From Octopus vulgaris (taxonomy: Eukaryota), in the NCBI GenBank assembly GCA_951406725.2, contig OX597827.1, positions 51,832,001-51,896,000 of the forward strand: a stretch of DNA of 64,000 nt, in the 5' to 3' direction. This document shows, in pieces, positions 24,982 to 37,645 of the stretch. Under the pieces are notes generated by a model. The model made no database searches. It saw nothing but the letters and a program-made list of their open reading frames with translations, and was not told the origin of the DNA. Numbering within the stretch: position 1 is the first letter of the stretch; each line of letters opens with the position of its first letter. The position numbers were made by a program, and so were the translations under genes.

Positions 24982-25220
24982 GGTTTCAAATTTTGGTACA
25001 AGGCCAGCAAATTCGGAAGAGAGGGTAAGTTGATTACATCGACTCCAACTGGGTCGATGTAATCGAGGTCCACTTTACCTTTCATCTTTTTGGGATCGAT
25101 AACGAAAGGATGAAAGATAAAGTGGACGTCGGCGGAATTTGAACTTAGAACGTAATGACGGACTAAATGTCGCTAAGCATTTTAACCCGGCGTGTTAAGG
25201 ATTCTGCCAGCTAACCGTCT
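24982..25220 (-). mobile_element. SINE family B copy with internal local inversions
   Basis: GATTACATCGAC..GTCGATGTAATC and GTCCACTTTA.CTTTCATC..GATGAAAGATAAAGTGGAC hairpins inside the body. Confidence 0.75.
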
Positions 25221-25460
25221 TAATATATAATCAAATATTGACATGAAGACAAACTGTTTGGTTGACCCAACGACTTGTCGAAAAAGAGGTTCCAATATAA
25301 GTGTATCTACGTAGTCACGTGACATGAGAGAAATCTTCTGAAAATCACTCCTTATTTTATTCTCAAAAAGAAAAAAGGAACAATTGCAGCGTGGAAGGTG
25401 TTTATAAGCCATTTAAAAAACACACAAAAACCGTTAGATTCACTTCCGTATTTAAATTTA

Positions 25461-25513
25461 ATTTGCCAAAATATCTTCGTTGCTTCGAGACCGCGACCTG
25501 TTCACTGACAAAA
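25461..25513 (-). ncRNA. Minimal type I hammerhead ribozyme-like motif (G3-C8 variant) in a PLE pLTR relic
   Basis: Minus strand: TTTGTCA-GTGAACA-G-GTCGC-loop-GCAAC-GAA-GATATT-T-TGGCAAA; stem I 7 bp, stem II 5 bp with one mismatch, near-palindromic stem III. Confidence 0.6.
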
Positions 25514-26550
25514 TTCCACAGTGTCTTACAAAGAGAAAATTCTCTGTATATTTAGTCATAGACAACCTTATATATGAATAAAAGAAGAGGTGATCATGGC
25601 AGGAACGTGTTTGATAAATAGGCCTACTCTACCAGAGTTAACGTCGGGGATTAAAAATACCATCATCGCCATCACCTGTTAAGCGTTACAGGTCAGTTTT
25701 ATTTCATACATACATGCATGCATACATACATACATACATACATACATACATACATACATACATACATACATACATACATAACGTACGTAAATATATACAC
25801 ACGCGCGCATACATACATACATACATACATACATACATACATACATACATACATTACCAATCTTGAGTAATTAGGCTTCTCAAAACCAGAAAGGAGAAAG
25901 CTAATTCGAAGACTACAGATCCAGTCCTTCACTGGAACTGTAAAAATCTGTAAAACTTTCCAGAAGTTTATCATTTAAATATATACGAGCATGTCTAGAT
26001 ATGCAATTATATACATGAGAATACATACATAAAGCAAAACATAAAAATCTGCTCATACATACATACATACATACATACATACATACATACATACATACAT
26101 GTTGATACATACGTACGAACATGTTTGTATGTTTGTTAACAACAGGTATGCGTGTGTAGAAGACGGACTAAAATAATTTCTTAACATCTTTCTCTGCATT
26201 TATGCAAACCTAACCCTGCTTAGATCAGTAACTGTTTTTCTTCTATTTTATTTTCTGCTTTAAATAAGAGAAACACCGTTTGATCACCAACTTAGCGTTA
26301 TTTAAACTGGATTACAAAAATATCCATCACTGCGTGGGTTTCCGCTTTTACGTCATGGCTGACATTAACAACGTAATCAACTCCGACACAACCAAACAGC
26401 AAAAAAAAAGTGAGTTATTGAAAACAACATGAGTGTTCTTTTACATTTAATCTTTGCATTTAAATCAAGATGTACATCTGTTCTATGAGGAACGTAGGTA
26501 AATCCTGCTATATGAAGTAGTTAAAAGATTTACTGGGAACTCCTCCAGAT

Positions 26551-26665
26551 TTAAACCACTGTACAGCTAATCAGCTTCGACCACAGGCGTCTTTCTTTGC
26601 CCGAAAAATAGCTGGCACAGATGGCAATTGTTATTGTGAAGACATCCCAAACTGTTGTGTAATCG
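26551..26665 (-). CDS. Candidate terminal coding exon ending in CaaX (…KLISCTVV*)
   Basis: Strong acceptor TTTTCTTTCTTTCAG at 26680-26666; 37 open codons to TAA at 26553-26551; AATAAA on - at ~26247-26252. No homology recognised. Confidence 0.3.
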
Positions 26666-27799
26666 CTGAAAGAAAGAAAACATTTAACCACTTAATCTTC
26701 TTCTGTTGCCAAGATCCACACTCAATTAACAGTCCTATAACAATTCCTGGCAACAACAGGTAAACCTTCTCACACACATATCACCATAATTTTCATGCAG
26801 CCCCGGAAAAAAAAATAACAGAAAAAAATCCATTATCACTTGTCTCCTGCCAGTTCATCCCTCCCTCCAAACTAAGTGATTTATTTTTATCGCCTGTCTA
26901 AATAATCATTTCTTTTAATTTACACATCCTGTTTTCACCTTAAAGATAGCTTCATCTTTCGACAACTGTTAGAGAACCAACTCTTAAGTAGATCTTTATT
27001 CATTTTTTAATGACGCTGCATAATCACATGACCAACGCAGCTTCGTTTTTTGGCATTAAATCCTCCACTACCATTTCTTAGACTCGATGGATGTATATTA
27101 GGGTATACAAGAGATACTAACGAAACCTATAATCTCTTTGAAGACAATCTAGGGAGCTATACTTGAAATATTTACCATGCTGATAAATGCTGGATTTGCT
27201 AACACTGTCAACTCATACAGAGATGAAATTTAGCTAAAAGAAAATTTCATTTTTGATGAAATCCATTTCCCAAACCTTTACATCAATCTGTTTCATATAA
27301 CGATAGCGGTCAAGTCGGTCGGAGCTTTCATCTCATAATGCCGACATTTGGGATATTTGACTGGTCGATAGAGGAATCTATTCTATAGATATTAAAACCT
27401 GCAAAGATTCTAATATCAACTGGGGGCTTCCACAGAAACAATGATATTTGACAAAAGAAATGTGATGGGAAGAGGTATAATCAATCGACAACCTTTGAAT
27501 ACTCTGTATCATTAAGACTAAGCAACAAACACAAAAATAATGCTTCAAGCAAGTGTTCGCAAATGATTCATTCACAACTCGATGGCTTTCCATACACCTT
27601 CAGATTTGCTGAACTGGTGTACCTCGACAAGGACCAGTAAAAGAAACAATCTGCAAACCCGACTACCACCACCATCACCAAAACAAAGGTTATGAATGAT
27701 TACGCTTTCCGTGAACTTGAGGATGAAACTAACACTAGCTTGGATTCGTGACGAAATACGAGGTGGCGTTTTGAAGGTTATGCTTTTACAATCCATGAT

Positions 27800-28115
27800 A
27801 GCAGTAAATACTTAATGGGTAAAACGAGACAGTGGAGCCCTTACACTCCCAAGATGCGATCGAAAATATCGAGTATTATATTTGTATAGAAAATATTACA
27901 CGTATTCAGAAGGTACCACAAAATGTTAAAGTATTACTTTCCAATGGGAGATGACGCGGTTTCTAAAACTATCTACAATATCATCTGTGGGAAAGACTGC
28001 CCAAGAATAGATATGGATAATACTCTTGTTATACATAGAATACAAGGGATATTGGTGGAACATTCTCATCAAAACTTCCGCCATGTGCAAACATGACAGA
28101 CATGGTATAGTATTT
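27800..28115 (+). mobile_element. Decayed R4/Dong-like (restriction-like endonuclease) LINE fragment
   Basis: Scraps ENITR.., YYFPMGDDAVSKTIYN and YWWNILIKTSAMCKHDRHGIV resemble the ..RHD.VA...W...HNRPDIV RLE region. Confidence 0.5.
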
Positions 28116-28193
28116 AACTATTTACAATAGTTGATTAAGCTTTATTTCTTTGTTACGATGTGTTCAAAGGATTTAAAACAAAAGCAATCTATT

Positions 28194-28417
28194 ACAAAGC
28201 GGTGTTGAAAAGCTCCTGACTTTGGATAGAAGATAATACAGGAGGATCAGTAAATTATGATTTTATTCAACATATTCCCCTCTCAGGTTCACACACTCAT
28301 TGCAGCAGTTCTTCAGTTTTTCAAGGCCTTGTTAAAGAAAGAACTCGGAAGGTTGTGTCTCCAACCAGGCCTTTTGCGACACCCTTATGCTAGGAACTTT
28401 TCAGTACCCCCTCGAAT
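28194..28417. mobile_element. mariner-derived MITE
   Basis: Imperfect TIRs ACAAAGCGGTGTTGAAAAGCTCCT and AGGAACTTTTCAGTACCCCCTCGAA. Confidence 0.65.
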
Positions 28418-28439
28418 ATTGAAACAATATATTATACAA

Positions 28440-29102
28440 GGAATATATTCACCGTTATTGTATTAAGCATGCGCGGAAGTGTTTGTTCGACTAGGTGCTG
28501 CTAGCTTAGTTACGCATGAATTGTGCTTAATAGTTTAGCGCTAAATAGTTCATCCTGCTGTTTGTACTGGCAGTTTGCATCATTACCGTGGCAAACAATA
28601 GATACTTAATTAACTACCAGTATTAAATGTTTGAACTACTGTGGGTCTTTACTAGGGTTTTTTTCTTTCTTTTTTTTTTATAAGCGGGACTTAAACCTGT
28701 ACATTAATCTCCAATGAAACATTTTATACATAACATGCCCATAGAATGCCTCGTAGATCTTATTCAGTTATGTTTAAATTTGAAGTTATATCATATGCTG
28801 AAGAGCATGGTAACAGGGCCGCCGGAAGAAAATTTTATGTTGACGAAAGCAATGTCAGGTTATGGAGAAGAAATAAAGATAAAATTAAACAGATACCAAA
28901 GATAAAGAAGGCAAGAAGGCAATAATAAAGGACATCACCGTATACATTTTTACAAACCATGGATGTTATATAGACCTCATTGATTCAAGTTAGAGAAGGG
29001 GTGCGTATTATACACAAGGTTTAGGTTTTTCAGAGGTACAGCCCCCTAAAAATCCCCTGCGTATTATACTCAAGGGCGGACTATACTCGAGGATTTACGG
29101 TA
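28440..29102 (+). mobile_element. pogo/Tc2-like DNA transposon relic
   Basis: KVISYAEEHGNRAAGRKFYVDESNVRLWRR (~28782-28872), a Brinker-type DNA-binding N-terminus of pogo-like transposases; right end TATACTCGAGGATTTACGG-TA. Confidence 0.75.
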
Positions 29103-29182
29103 TAAATAAGTATCTGTGTGAATGGGCACACACACACGCATATACACGCACACGCATATACACACACGCACAAAAACACTTT

Positions 29183-29466
<284 letters not shown>

Positions 29467-29727
29467 CACATGAATAGGACGTTGGAATTGCGTGTATGGT
29501 ATTGTGTATCTTTCTTAAATGTTTTAGTAATGAAAGTGAACCGAGAGGGAGGCTGGTTGAGAAATGGAAAAAAAACCAAAGTGATAGTAATGTCAGAGAA
29601 TGAACCAACGTCAGTTTTTCATGTGTCTGTATCTTTGGCATATTTGGAAAGCGGTTCATTTAAGTTCTAAATATTCCTAATAACTACTACCTTCAGCATT
29701 AAACTAGTTTTCAGGAGGACATCTCAC

Positions 29728-29826
29728 CATATAACATCGCCGACTATTTTGAGTTGCCCGTACGCAATGTCTATTCTAGTTTCGTGATCATGATGGTAGA
29801 TTTCATGACGTAAACGTATCGATGTT
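29728..29826 (-). CDS. Candidate 99-nt internal exon (phase 2/2)
   Basis: CAG acceptor at 29829-29827, GTGAG donor at 29727-29723, open frame TSIRLRHEIYHHDHETRIDIAYGQLKIVGDVI, in phase with the 26665 exon. Confidence 0.22.
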
Positions 29827-29944
29827 CTGTGTGTAATGGCGATAGTGGTGGAAACGTTGATACTAAGAATACTCGTAAGGCACGCACAGAGGACATGTTT
29901 AGTAGGCCCGCACGAACATAGACTCACACATGCTTACACAAACA

Positions 29945-30728
29945 CATACATACACACACACATACATACATACATACATACATACATACATACATACATA
30001 CATACATACATACATACATACATACATACATACATACATACATACATACATGTCTTGTCGCTTTGTTAGCGACCGGCTTGAAATGTCTCAAGAAGAACTT
30101 TAAAAAAACTCAAAGAAAAGTCATACATAAATACATATATACATATATGCAAGATGCATGCATGCATACATACATACATACATACACACACATACATATA
30201 TTCAAGCACGCATACATACATACATACATACATACATACACACACACACGCATGCATATATACAAGCAGGCATGCATACATACATACATACATACATACA
30301 TACATACATACATACATACATACGTACATACATACACACATACATACATACACACACACACACATACATACATACACACACACACACATACATACATACA
30401 CACATACATACACACACATACATACATACATACATACATACATACATACATACACACACATACATACATACATACATACATACATACATACATACATACA
30501 TACACACACATACATACATACATACACACACATACATACATACACACATACATACATACATACATACATACACACATACATACATACATACATACATACA
30601 TACATACATACATACATACATACATACATACATACATACATAGACACATACATACATACATACATACATACATACATACATACATACATACATACATACA
30701 TACATACATACATACATACATACATACA
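29945..30728. repeat. (CATA)n/(CA)n microsatellite field
   Basis: Directly visible. Confidence 0.96.
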
Positions 30729-30849
30729 TGGAAAATAACAGAACTCTCAATACATGAAGTTATCTATTGAGAAACGGTTGATAACTCAGTCCTGGTTACT
30801 CGGAGTTTCATACTTGTGAACTATATTTGTGATGGTCAGACAATATAGT

Positions 30850-31038
30850 GGTTTCAAATTTTGCTTCAAGGCCAGCAAGTTTTGAGGAGTGGGTAAGTCA
30901 ACTGGTACTCATTTTATCGACCCCGAAAGATGAAAGGCAAAGTCGACCTCGGCACAATTTGAACACAGAAAGTAAAGACGGACGAAATTCTGCTAAGCAT
31001 TTTACACGGCGTGCTAACGACTCTGCCGGCTCACTACC
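30850..31038 (-). mobile_element. SINE family B, diverged
   Basis: ATCGACCCCGAAAGATGAAAGGCAAAGTCGACCTCGGC core. Confidence 0.8.
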
Positions 31039-31094
31039 ATGGTCAGACAATATATTGTGATAAACCAGACAGAGTTAACGAAGTTGCTTCTACG

Positions 31095-31242
31095 TGATCA
31101 ATCGACCTCCTTAAAATAGGAACCAGCCAATGTTTGGATTATATGATCATGGATTTCCTGTACAGAGGGGTGGTCACGGCCGCAATGACTTTGATCACAG
31201 GCTTGGTTGATCAGAGTTGACCTTGGACAAAACAACAACAAT
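31095..31242 (+). mobile_element. Old SINE-like family E with (CAA)n tail (also ~25560-25660, 36115-36305, 62130-62345)
   Basis: Shared segments such as TAGAAATAGCAGCCAAATCT and TTTGATCACA.G.CTG.T.GATCAGA..TGA....GG.CTAAACAACAAC, partially conserved across four decayed copies. Confidence 0.55.
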
Positions 31243-31272
31243 ATAGTCGATCCATAGAGCTCATATTCATCT

Positions 31273-31325
<53 letters not shown>

Positions 31326-31346
31326 TAAGGCGACTCGTCAGATTCA

Positions 31347-31408
31347 AATAGTCTGACGAGTCGCCTATGCAGCTAAACGCTTTATAGGTCGAAACCAATG
31401 GTCACTCT
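31347..31408 (+). ncRNA. Type I hammerhead ribozyme motif with canonical core
   Basis: CTGACGA 31353-31359, stem II GCCTAT/ATAGGT, GAAAC 31391-31395, near-palindromic stem III ACCAATGGT, GTC cleavage triplet 31401-31403, stem I AGT/ACT. Confidence 0.65.
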
Positions 31409-31437
31409 CTGACCAGCCATAGCAAACAACCTTCTAA

Positions 31438-31483
<46 letters not shown>

Positions 31484-31556
31484 GTGTGTGTGCAAGCATG
31501 CGTGCGTGCATGTTTGTGTATGTGTATGTATACACACATATCATAAATATGTATAA

Positions 31557-31772
31557 GGCGGCGAGCTGGCAGAAACGTTAGCACACCGGGTGAAGTGCTT
31601 AGCCGTATTTCGTCTGCCGCTACGTTCTGAGTTCAAATTCTGCCGAGGTCGACTTTGCCTTTCATCCTTTCGCGGTCGATTAAATAAGTACCAGTTACGC
31701 ACTGGGGTCGATGTAATCGACTTAATCCCTTTATCTGTCCTTGTTTGTCCCCTTGTGAGCAATAAAAAAAAT
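31557..31772 (+). mobile_element. SINE family B, sense orientation
   Basis: GGCGGCGAGCTGGCAGAAACGTTAGC head, GAGTTCAAATTC B-box, GCCTTTCATCCTTTCG.GGTCGATTAAATAAGTACCAG central domain. Confidence 0.9.
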
Positions 31773-32869
31773 AAATATGTATACATACATACATAAAAAT
31801 GTCTATATATCTCCTGATGGTGAGGTACGCGGTAATAAAGTGGTACAAAGTCAAACTGTGGATGGCGATGTAAATTAGGCATAATGATGAGAGAGAAAGT
31901 TCTTGCTTTGACTGACTGTTATCCTGTTCTTCTCCGCTAAAACAAAATTTTATTAAAATATATCGATCATTAGCGAGCTTGCAGAATCGTTACAGCGTTG
32001 GACAAAGTATCTTGCGACATTTCTTCCGGCTCTTAACACTCAGTTCAAATTCTGTTGAGATCAACTTTGCCTTTCAACTTCCGATATCGATAAAATAAAG
32101 TGTCAGCCAATGCTAGCTGCAATGTAATTAACTAATTCCTTTCCCTTGCTCCTAAAATTAGAAATAATGTAAACATAATGCTTTAGTGTTAAACTACATC
32201 ATAATATTATCCGAAGTAAATATTCGAAAATTTATAAATCGACCCACTTTTGATGTAAAATGTTCAAACTATATATTCTGTGAAATCAAATTAAAAGAAA
32301 TTGAAGATGGATTGATCTGTAACTTTATACGCTAGCATGCACGTCAGCAACCAGAGTCATCACCTCATAATCAACCACACCGACACCGGTACATAAACTT
32401 ACTCATCAAATCTGTATACACCAACACACAGCAGCATATGCATAGATAACTTCAGCACCCATATATAAGCATGCGACATTCATTTGGGGAAAATGTACCA
32501 AATTGTATAGATCTACGCACTTAGATATACAATTATGTAGTGAGGTTATTACAAAAGACTTGTTGTCAGTTTATATACATCATTTATTGCTACGTTGTTA
32601 CAAAGCTTCACGTATACAGGTAGAATCAATCTTATATGAACATCGTGTTTTACAGGTGCTGGATTTTCAACTGAAATTTGATAATTAAGCTAATTTTGCA
32701 CATCGAAGCATATTCATGGCCGTATTGATTCTTCATCCATCTCCTAGTTGAGTATAGAGTTGTAAAAATGCTAAAAGGAGAATCACGCTGGGTTGAGTAT
32801 GGAGTTGTAAAAACAGCTATTAACGAGAGAGAATTTACCCATGACCGTAACCAATGATGTCTCAATTCA

Positions 32870-32945
32870 CTCTGCTTTTTCGCGCTAAAAGCCGCTGTAT
32901 TTAAAGGCTCAGTTGATAGAAAATTCTGATTGGCTGAAATTGGGT
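32870..32945 (-). promoter_or_regulatory. Possible Pol II promoter (two CCAAT boxes plus TATA-like element)
   Basis: Minus strand CCCAATTTCAGCCAATCAG (~32944-32926), then TTTAAATA ~25 nt downstream, in a locally CpG-retaining patch. Confidence 0.25.
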
Positions 32946-33346
32946 CAAATTCAACTCGCGATTCACATGCGGTCGCAAATGGAGTCGAAATCAATTGTCA
33001 TACATAAAAAAGATTATATGATACCATGCTTGAATACACATACACACCTAAATCTTAATCTTCGGAGAAATCGTCTCACAAGTGTTTGTAATTAAACGCA
33101 TCCTGTTTAAACAAGCACATTTCACAAGTCAACTACTTCATCCGACTTCCTCCATGGACCTAAATGCTCACTTTCTAAGCAATTAAACCTAACCCAATTT
33201 TGCATCATCCTAAATTCTGGCTTTATTCTCCTTAAGCCATTTACCACTTGCAAAGAGTGCCTAACTTTATTAAACTTGTTATGTGGTAGGATAGTTAGAT
33301 ATGTTGAACTACAGATAAACAATTGTGCATCTCTGTCTCTGTCTGT

Positions 33347-33393
<47 letters not shown>

Positions 33394-33699
33394 CGCATAC
33401 ACACATATGTGTGTATGTGTTTAAGTTTATCATTTTAAATCGATTTTAAGAATAACAAGGGAATAACAGCAGGACATTTATTGATGGGAAGACTCAATAG
33501 TGAAAGTAGAATCAAATTAATGGTAAATTTATTCTTCGCTGGGACTTTATGTTTCACCTGGTGGCTTATTCAACCAGATTGGCGAAACAGCTCCTGTCAA
33601 AAAGAATTGTGTGCGTGCATTTATGCGTGCGCGTATGTCAAGCAGAGACATTGAAAGAAAAATTTATATTCAGTGAGAGGACCTCATCCATAAATCATC

Positions 33700-34450
33700 A
33701 AAATTGAAACAGCGTTATTTTAATTATTTATCTATTACCAAAGATCAAACAGTGATTAACTGTATATTTGGCACTTCTTCGGAAATGTCCTCTTGTGTAC
33801 AAAATTTTCTATGATTTGTGAACTGAATTTTGATCCAATGTCGAATCGAGTTAAGCCACTAGATGGCTTTGTACCATGTTTGTTCTGAAATAGTTATTTA
33901 TCCATTAAAGTTTACTGAATGAATGTTCCGCTGAGGCGGGTGTTGTAGGTATCTGAAGAAAAATTGGGAATAATGCACAAATATTTGGGGAAATACTTTC
34001 CAATTTAGAGTTACTTATTTTGTTGAGTATACCCATGAGTTTGAGCTGTAGTTGCCTTGGTGTAGTTATCTTCATTTCCACTTATTCATTTGAAAGTGCT
34101 TTGCTAATTACATCAGTATCGTAAATTTCTGCAAATGAAATGTGCTTTGTGGTTGAAATAGTTTCTATAAAGAAAGGTATTTTCTCTGCAGTATCAAATC
34201 TTTCTGTTTGGTTACCAATGTTAGAGTCGAAAATATGAATAAACAGAAATCCGAAATAATGATTCTGCAGCACTTGAGTTCAGGATCTTTTACCTGGCTT
34301 TCATCACTTGACTGGTTCTCATGATACAAAATTCTTTATTTCACAAGTTAATATTTGCTTGTAGATTAAGTTAAGTATTGCAGGCTTGGCCACTGGATAG
34401 CTGACATACGATTCCATGAATGATAGTCTCTGTGCGTCAGAAGAGTTTAC
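33700..34450 (-). mobile_element. Highly decayed PLE-like endonuclease relic
   Basis: Minus-strand scraps NLIY..TC..EFCIMRTSQ (GIY-YIG-like) and RENTFL; many stops. Confidence 0.3.
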
Positions 34451-34525
34451 CTTCTTTTACGAGGCGATAGGAAATGATATTACAAGCACATTCAATAGTT
34501 CCAAATATAGCAACTGCGTCAGTAC

Positions 34526-35188
34526 CAGTGGCGGCTCGTAGATAAAATTAGTGGGGGTGCTGCTTCAGAAAACTTTTAGCCGTTGTTTTAATATTGTGTA
34601 AAAGAAAATTTATACTTGATCGGTCCGCGTTTTAGCCACTGCCGGGTAGTGTGTTTAATTTATTCAGTGAACGCTGCCACGAACTCCCCCTTATTTTTAA
34701 AAGAAATCCCCTTAAATCACAAAATATGGGGGGTGGGATCTGCTCTATTTTTCAAATCCTGGCAGCAACGCTATAGCTGGAAGCAGGATAATAATCTAAT
34801 TCTACATTTTATCACATTCAAGAATACAAATGCGTTTTTAAGCATAACACACGCGGAGTCAAAAAGAAACGCTACCTACCGGCACTGCGTGAAGCACAGT
34901 GCTCTCTCTCTCTCTCTCCCTAGCGTGCAGCTTCCTACCTCGGACATGTGAGCATGCGCACAACAGACAAACACGGCGTCGCTGGAACTGGGAAGCGCAC
35001 AGTTCTAAAAAGGATTTTTGTATTTTTTTCATAAACTAAGGGATAGCTATTGATATTAAGCTTATAATGTACAAGTATAAAGAAAGAATTAAAGAAAAAA
35101 GGACTCATTATATTGAATATTATCGATAAAATTGAGTGGAAATAGTGGGTGCTGCAGTTCTGCAGTGCCTATAAACGAGCCGCCACTG
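34526..35188. mobile_element. hAT-like non-autonomous element
   Basis: Perfect 14-bp TIR CAGTGGCGGCTCGT / ACGAGCCGCCACTG; 8-bp TSD GTCAGTAC (34518-34525) / TTCAGTAC (35189-35196). Confidence 0.88.
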
Positions 35189-35411
35189 TTCAGTACTGCA
35201 CTCTGTCGAATCCTAGTCACACAAATTCACTGTATAGATGCCATGTTTACTATGTCAGAATCTGTTTTCTTGCAAAAGTCTTCCAAAGATACAAAGCTTT
35301 CTTGACTCGATACTTCACAATCTATATTCTAAAAATAACGAAGGATAAATGTGTGCTCGTTAGGTGCTACTGTTGAATAGCATTTTGCCTTTGATCTTTA
35401 GCTAACAAATA

Positions 35412-35622
35412 TTGGTTTCAAATTTTGGCACAAGGCCAGCAAGTCCGAGGGTGAGGAGTAAGTCGATTACATCGACCTCAGTGTTCAACTGGTACTTATT
35501 TTATCGTTCCAGAAAGGATGAAAAGCAAAGACCACATCGGCGGAATTTGAGCTAAGAACGCAAAGACGGACGAAATGCCGCTAAGCATTTTTCCCGACGC
35601 GTTTCTGCCAGTTCACCGCCTT
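35412..35622 (-). mobile_element. SINE family B variant
   Basis: GAAAGGATGAAAAGCAAAG..CGGCGGAATTTGAG core with TTTCAAATTTTGGCACAAGGCCAG end. Confidence 0.8.
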
Positions 35623-36566
35623 CAGTTGGCAAATATGCTTACAATATACCTCTATGTTTTTTGGATGTGTTTCATCTTTCTGACAAGGATTTTCAGTAAG
35701 AGATTCTAATGAGGTACAAGTCCAGTTAACCAACAAAATCTACCATTGTAAACATCGTGAACCAGATTAGTGGTAGCACGGAATGCTAACCACATTTCAC
35801 CTGCTTGTATAACTATCCAGAAGGATAGATATATCATTGAAAACAATAGATTTAGTTGGTGGTCTTGTTATCACTATTCTAGCTTTTGTTGAAGTAGAAG
35901 AGGTTAAAAAGGGTCAAGTGGTGAAGACATTATTTCGGCCTAACTAAAGGCATCTGGATCATGTAAAACTGCTGTCAGAGAAAAACCATTGTTCTACCGC
36001 GGGAAAAGTTCTGTTGCAGTGTTAATTTAAATTTGGCTGTAGTGGATCGAATCCACTTCATGCTTGCAAGATTCACTACATATATATGAAATAAAACTGT
36101 CCTGAAATTCTTTATGGATGAGCCGTTAGAAATAGCCGCCAAATCTCATTCAAATCACATTCTACTGACTTAGTAAAGAAAAGGTTACATAAGTAAATGT
36201 AGTCCTAGATATCTACGAACGCACAATAATCATTACTCAATGCTTTTATTATAGCTCCCAGGTTAGGGTTGGCCAAGATCTAAACAACAACAACAACAAC
36301 AACAATACTTTATCAAACCATTAGGCTACCTTATTGTACTACAAGACTTTGCCATCAACTTCAATGTATCTTTGTAACTACCCACATCTATTCAGACACG
36401 CTTCTGCACACATTTACCCAAAATGCACACATCTAATGCATATATCAGATTTCCTAACTCTGCAACAAAAATCAACAATCACATCTAATAACTCGTCGTC
36501 ACATCTATACCATTACCTGCCATCCATGGACAAAAACTTTATCCGCTGTTGCTGCTGCTGCTGTTG

Positions 36567-36607
<41 letters not shown>

Positions 36608-37353
36608 GTCACTCACTCTTAACCCTACTGTTACCTCCACCAACATAACATGTTCACCTCCATCGTTAACAGACATTTGTTCACATTCTCTCTCTCTCTC
36701 CTTCCCTCTCTCTCTCCCTCCCTCTCTCTTTCCCTCTCTCTCCCCTCTCTCTCTTTCCCTCACACACACACTCAACTACATCTACATGTGTCCAACCAAA
36801 CCACAGCCCCGAATTCTCTGTAACCACCTTCCACTTACCACCCACGCAGATGCTACTACCATCACACGTAGAGTTCCACTCTATATTTCTAATATATTTA
36901 TCTTAACCCTGCCACTAGAACAGCCGCACAAATACAATAATAGATCCCGGATTCTGGGTTAGCATTTACAAAGTCCTACCTACTCTTTCTATCTCTCTCT
37001 CTCTCTCTCGTCCTGGAATAATTTTAACACTCAAAGCTGCAGAGAGGAATAAGTACTGTTGTCATGAGTAACGAAAAAAACACCCACCACCACCACCACC
37101 CCACCATTCAACCACCATCATCATCATCATCATAGTGTCAGTAGCACCACTTTCTGCACAAACTATATTCCCCCACCATCACCACCCTCACACTCCTCCA
37201 ACACACAACACACATTTCTATATCGATATCATTCTACTTTCTTGGTTTAGAGTTACATCGTGATGGTAGGTGGCGACGACGACTATAGTAATGATGACGA
37301 CGACTGTAGTAATGATGACGACGATCATCATAACAGCCATAAAAAAAAAATAA

Positions 37354-37354
<1 letters not shown>

Positions 37355-37395
<41 letters not shown>

Positions 37396-37422
37396 AATAA
37401 TAACAATAATAATAATGATGAA

Positions 37423-37457
<35 letters not shown>

Positions 37458-37483
37458 CAATAATAATAATAATAATAATGATG

Positions 37484-37549
<66 letters not shown>

Positions 37550-37589
37550 GTAATAATAATAATAATAATAAATGATGATAATGATGATG

Positions 37590-37641
<52 letters not shown>

Positions 37642-37645
37642 TAAT
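37355..37645. repeat. (AAT)n microsatellite
   Basis: Directly visible. Confidence 0.97.

Noticed and set aside
26551-26665. Assignment of the CaaX exon to a Rho/Ras GTPase
   Set aside because: The resemblance is superficial and no G1-G5 box exons were found in the window.
33122-33310. Minus-strand open frame after a TTTATCTGTAG acceptor
   Set aside because: No recognisable domain and no convincing in-phase donor linking it to the other candidates.
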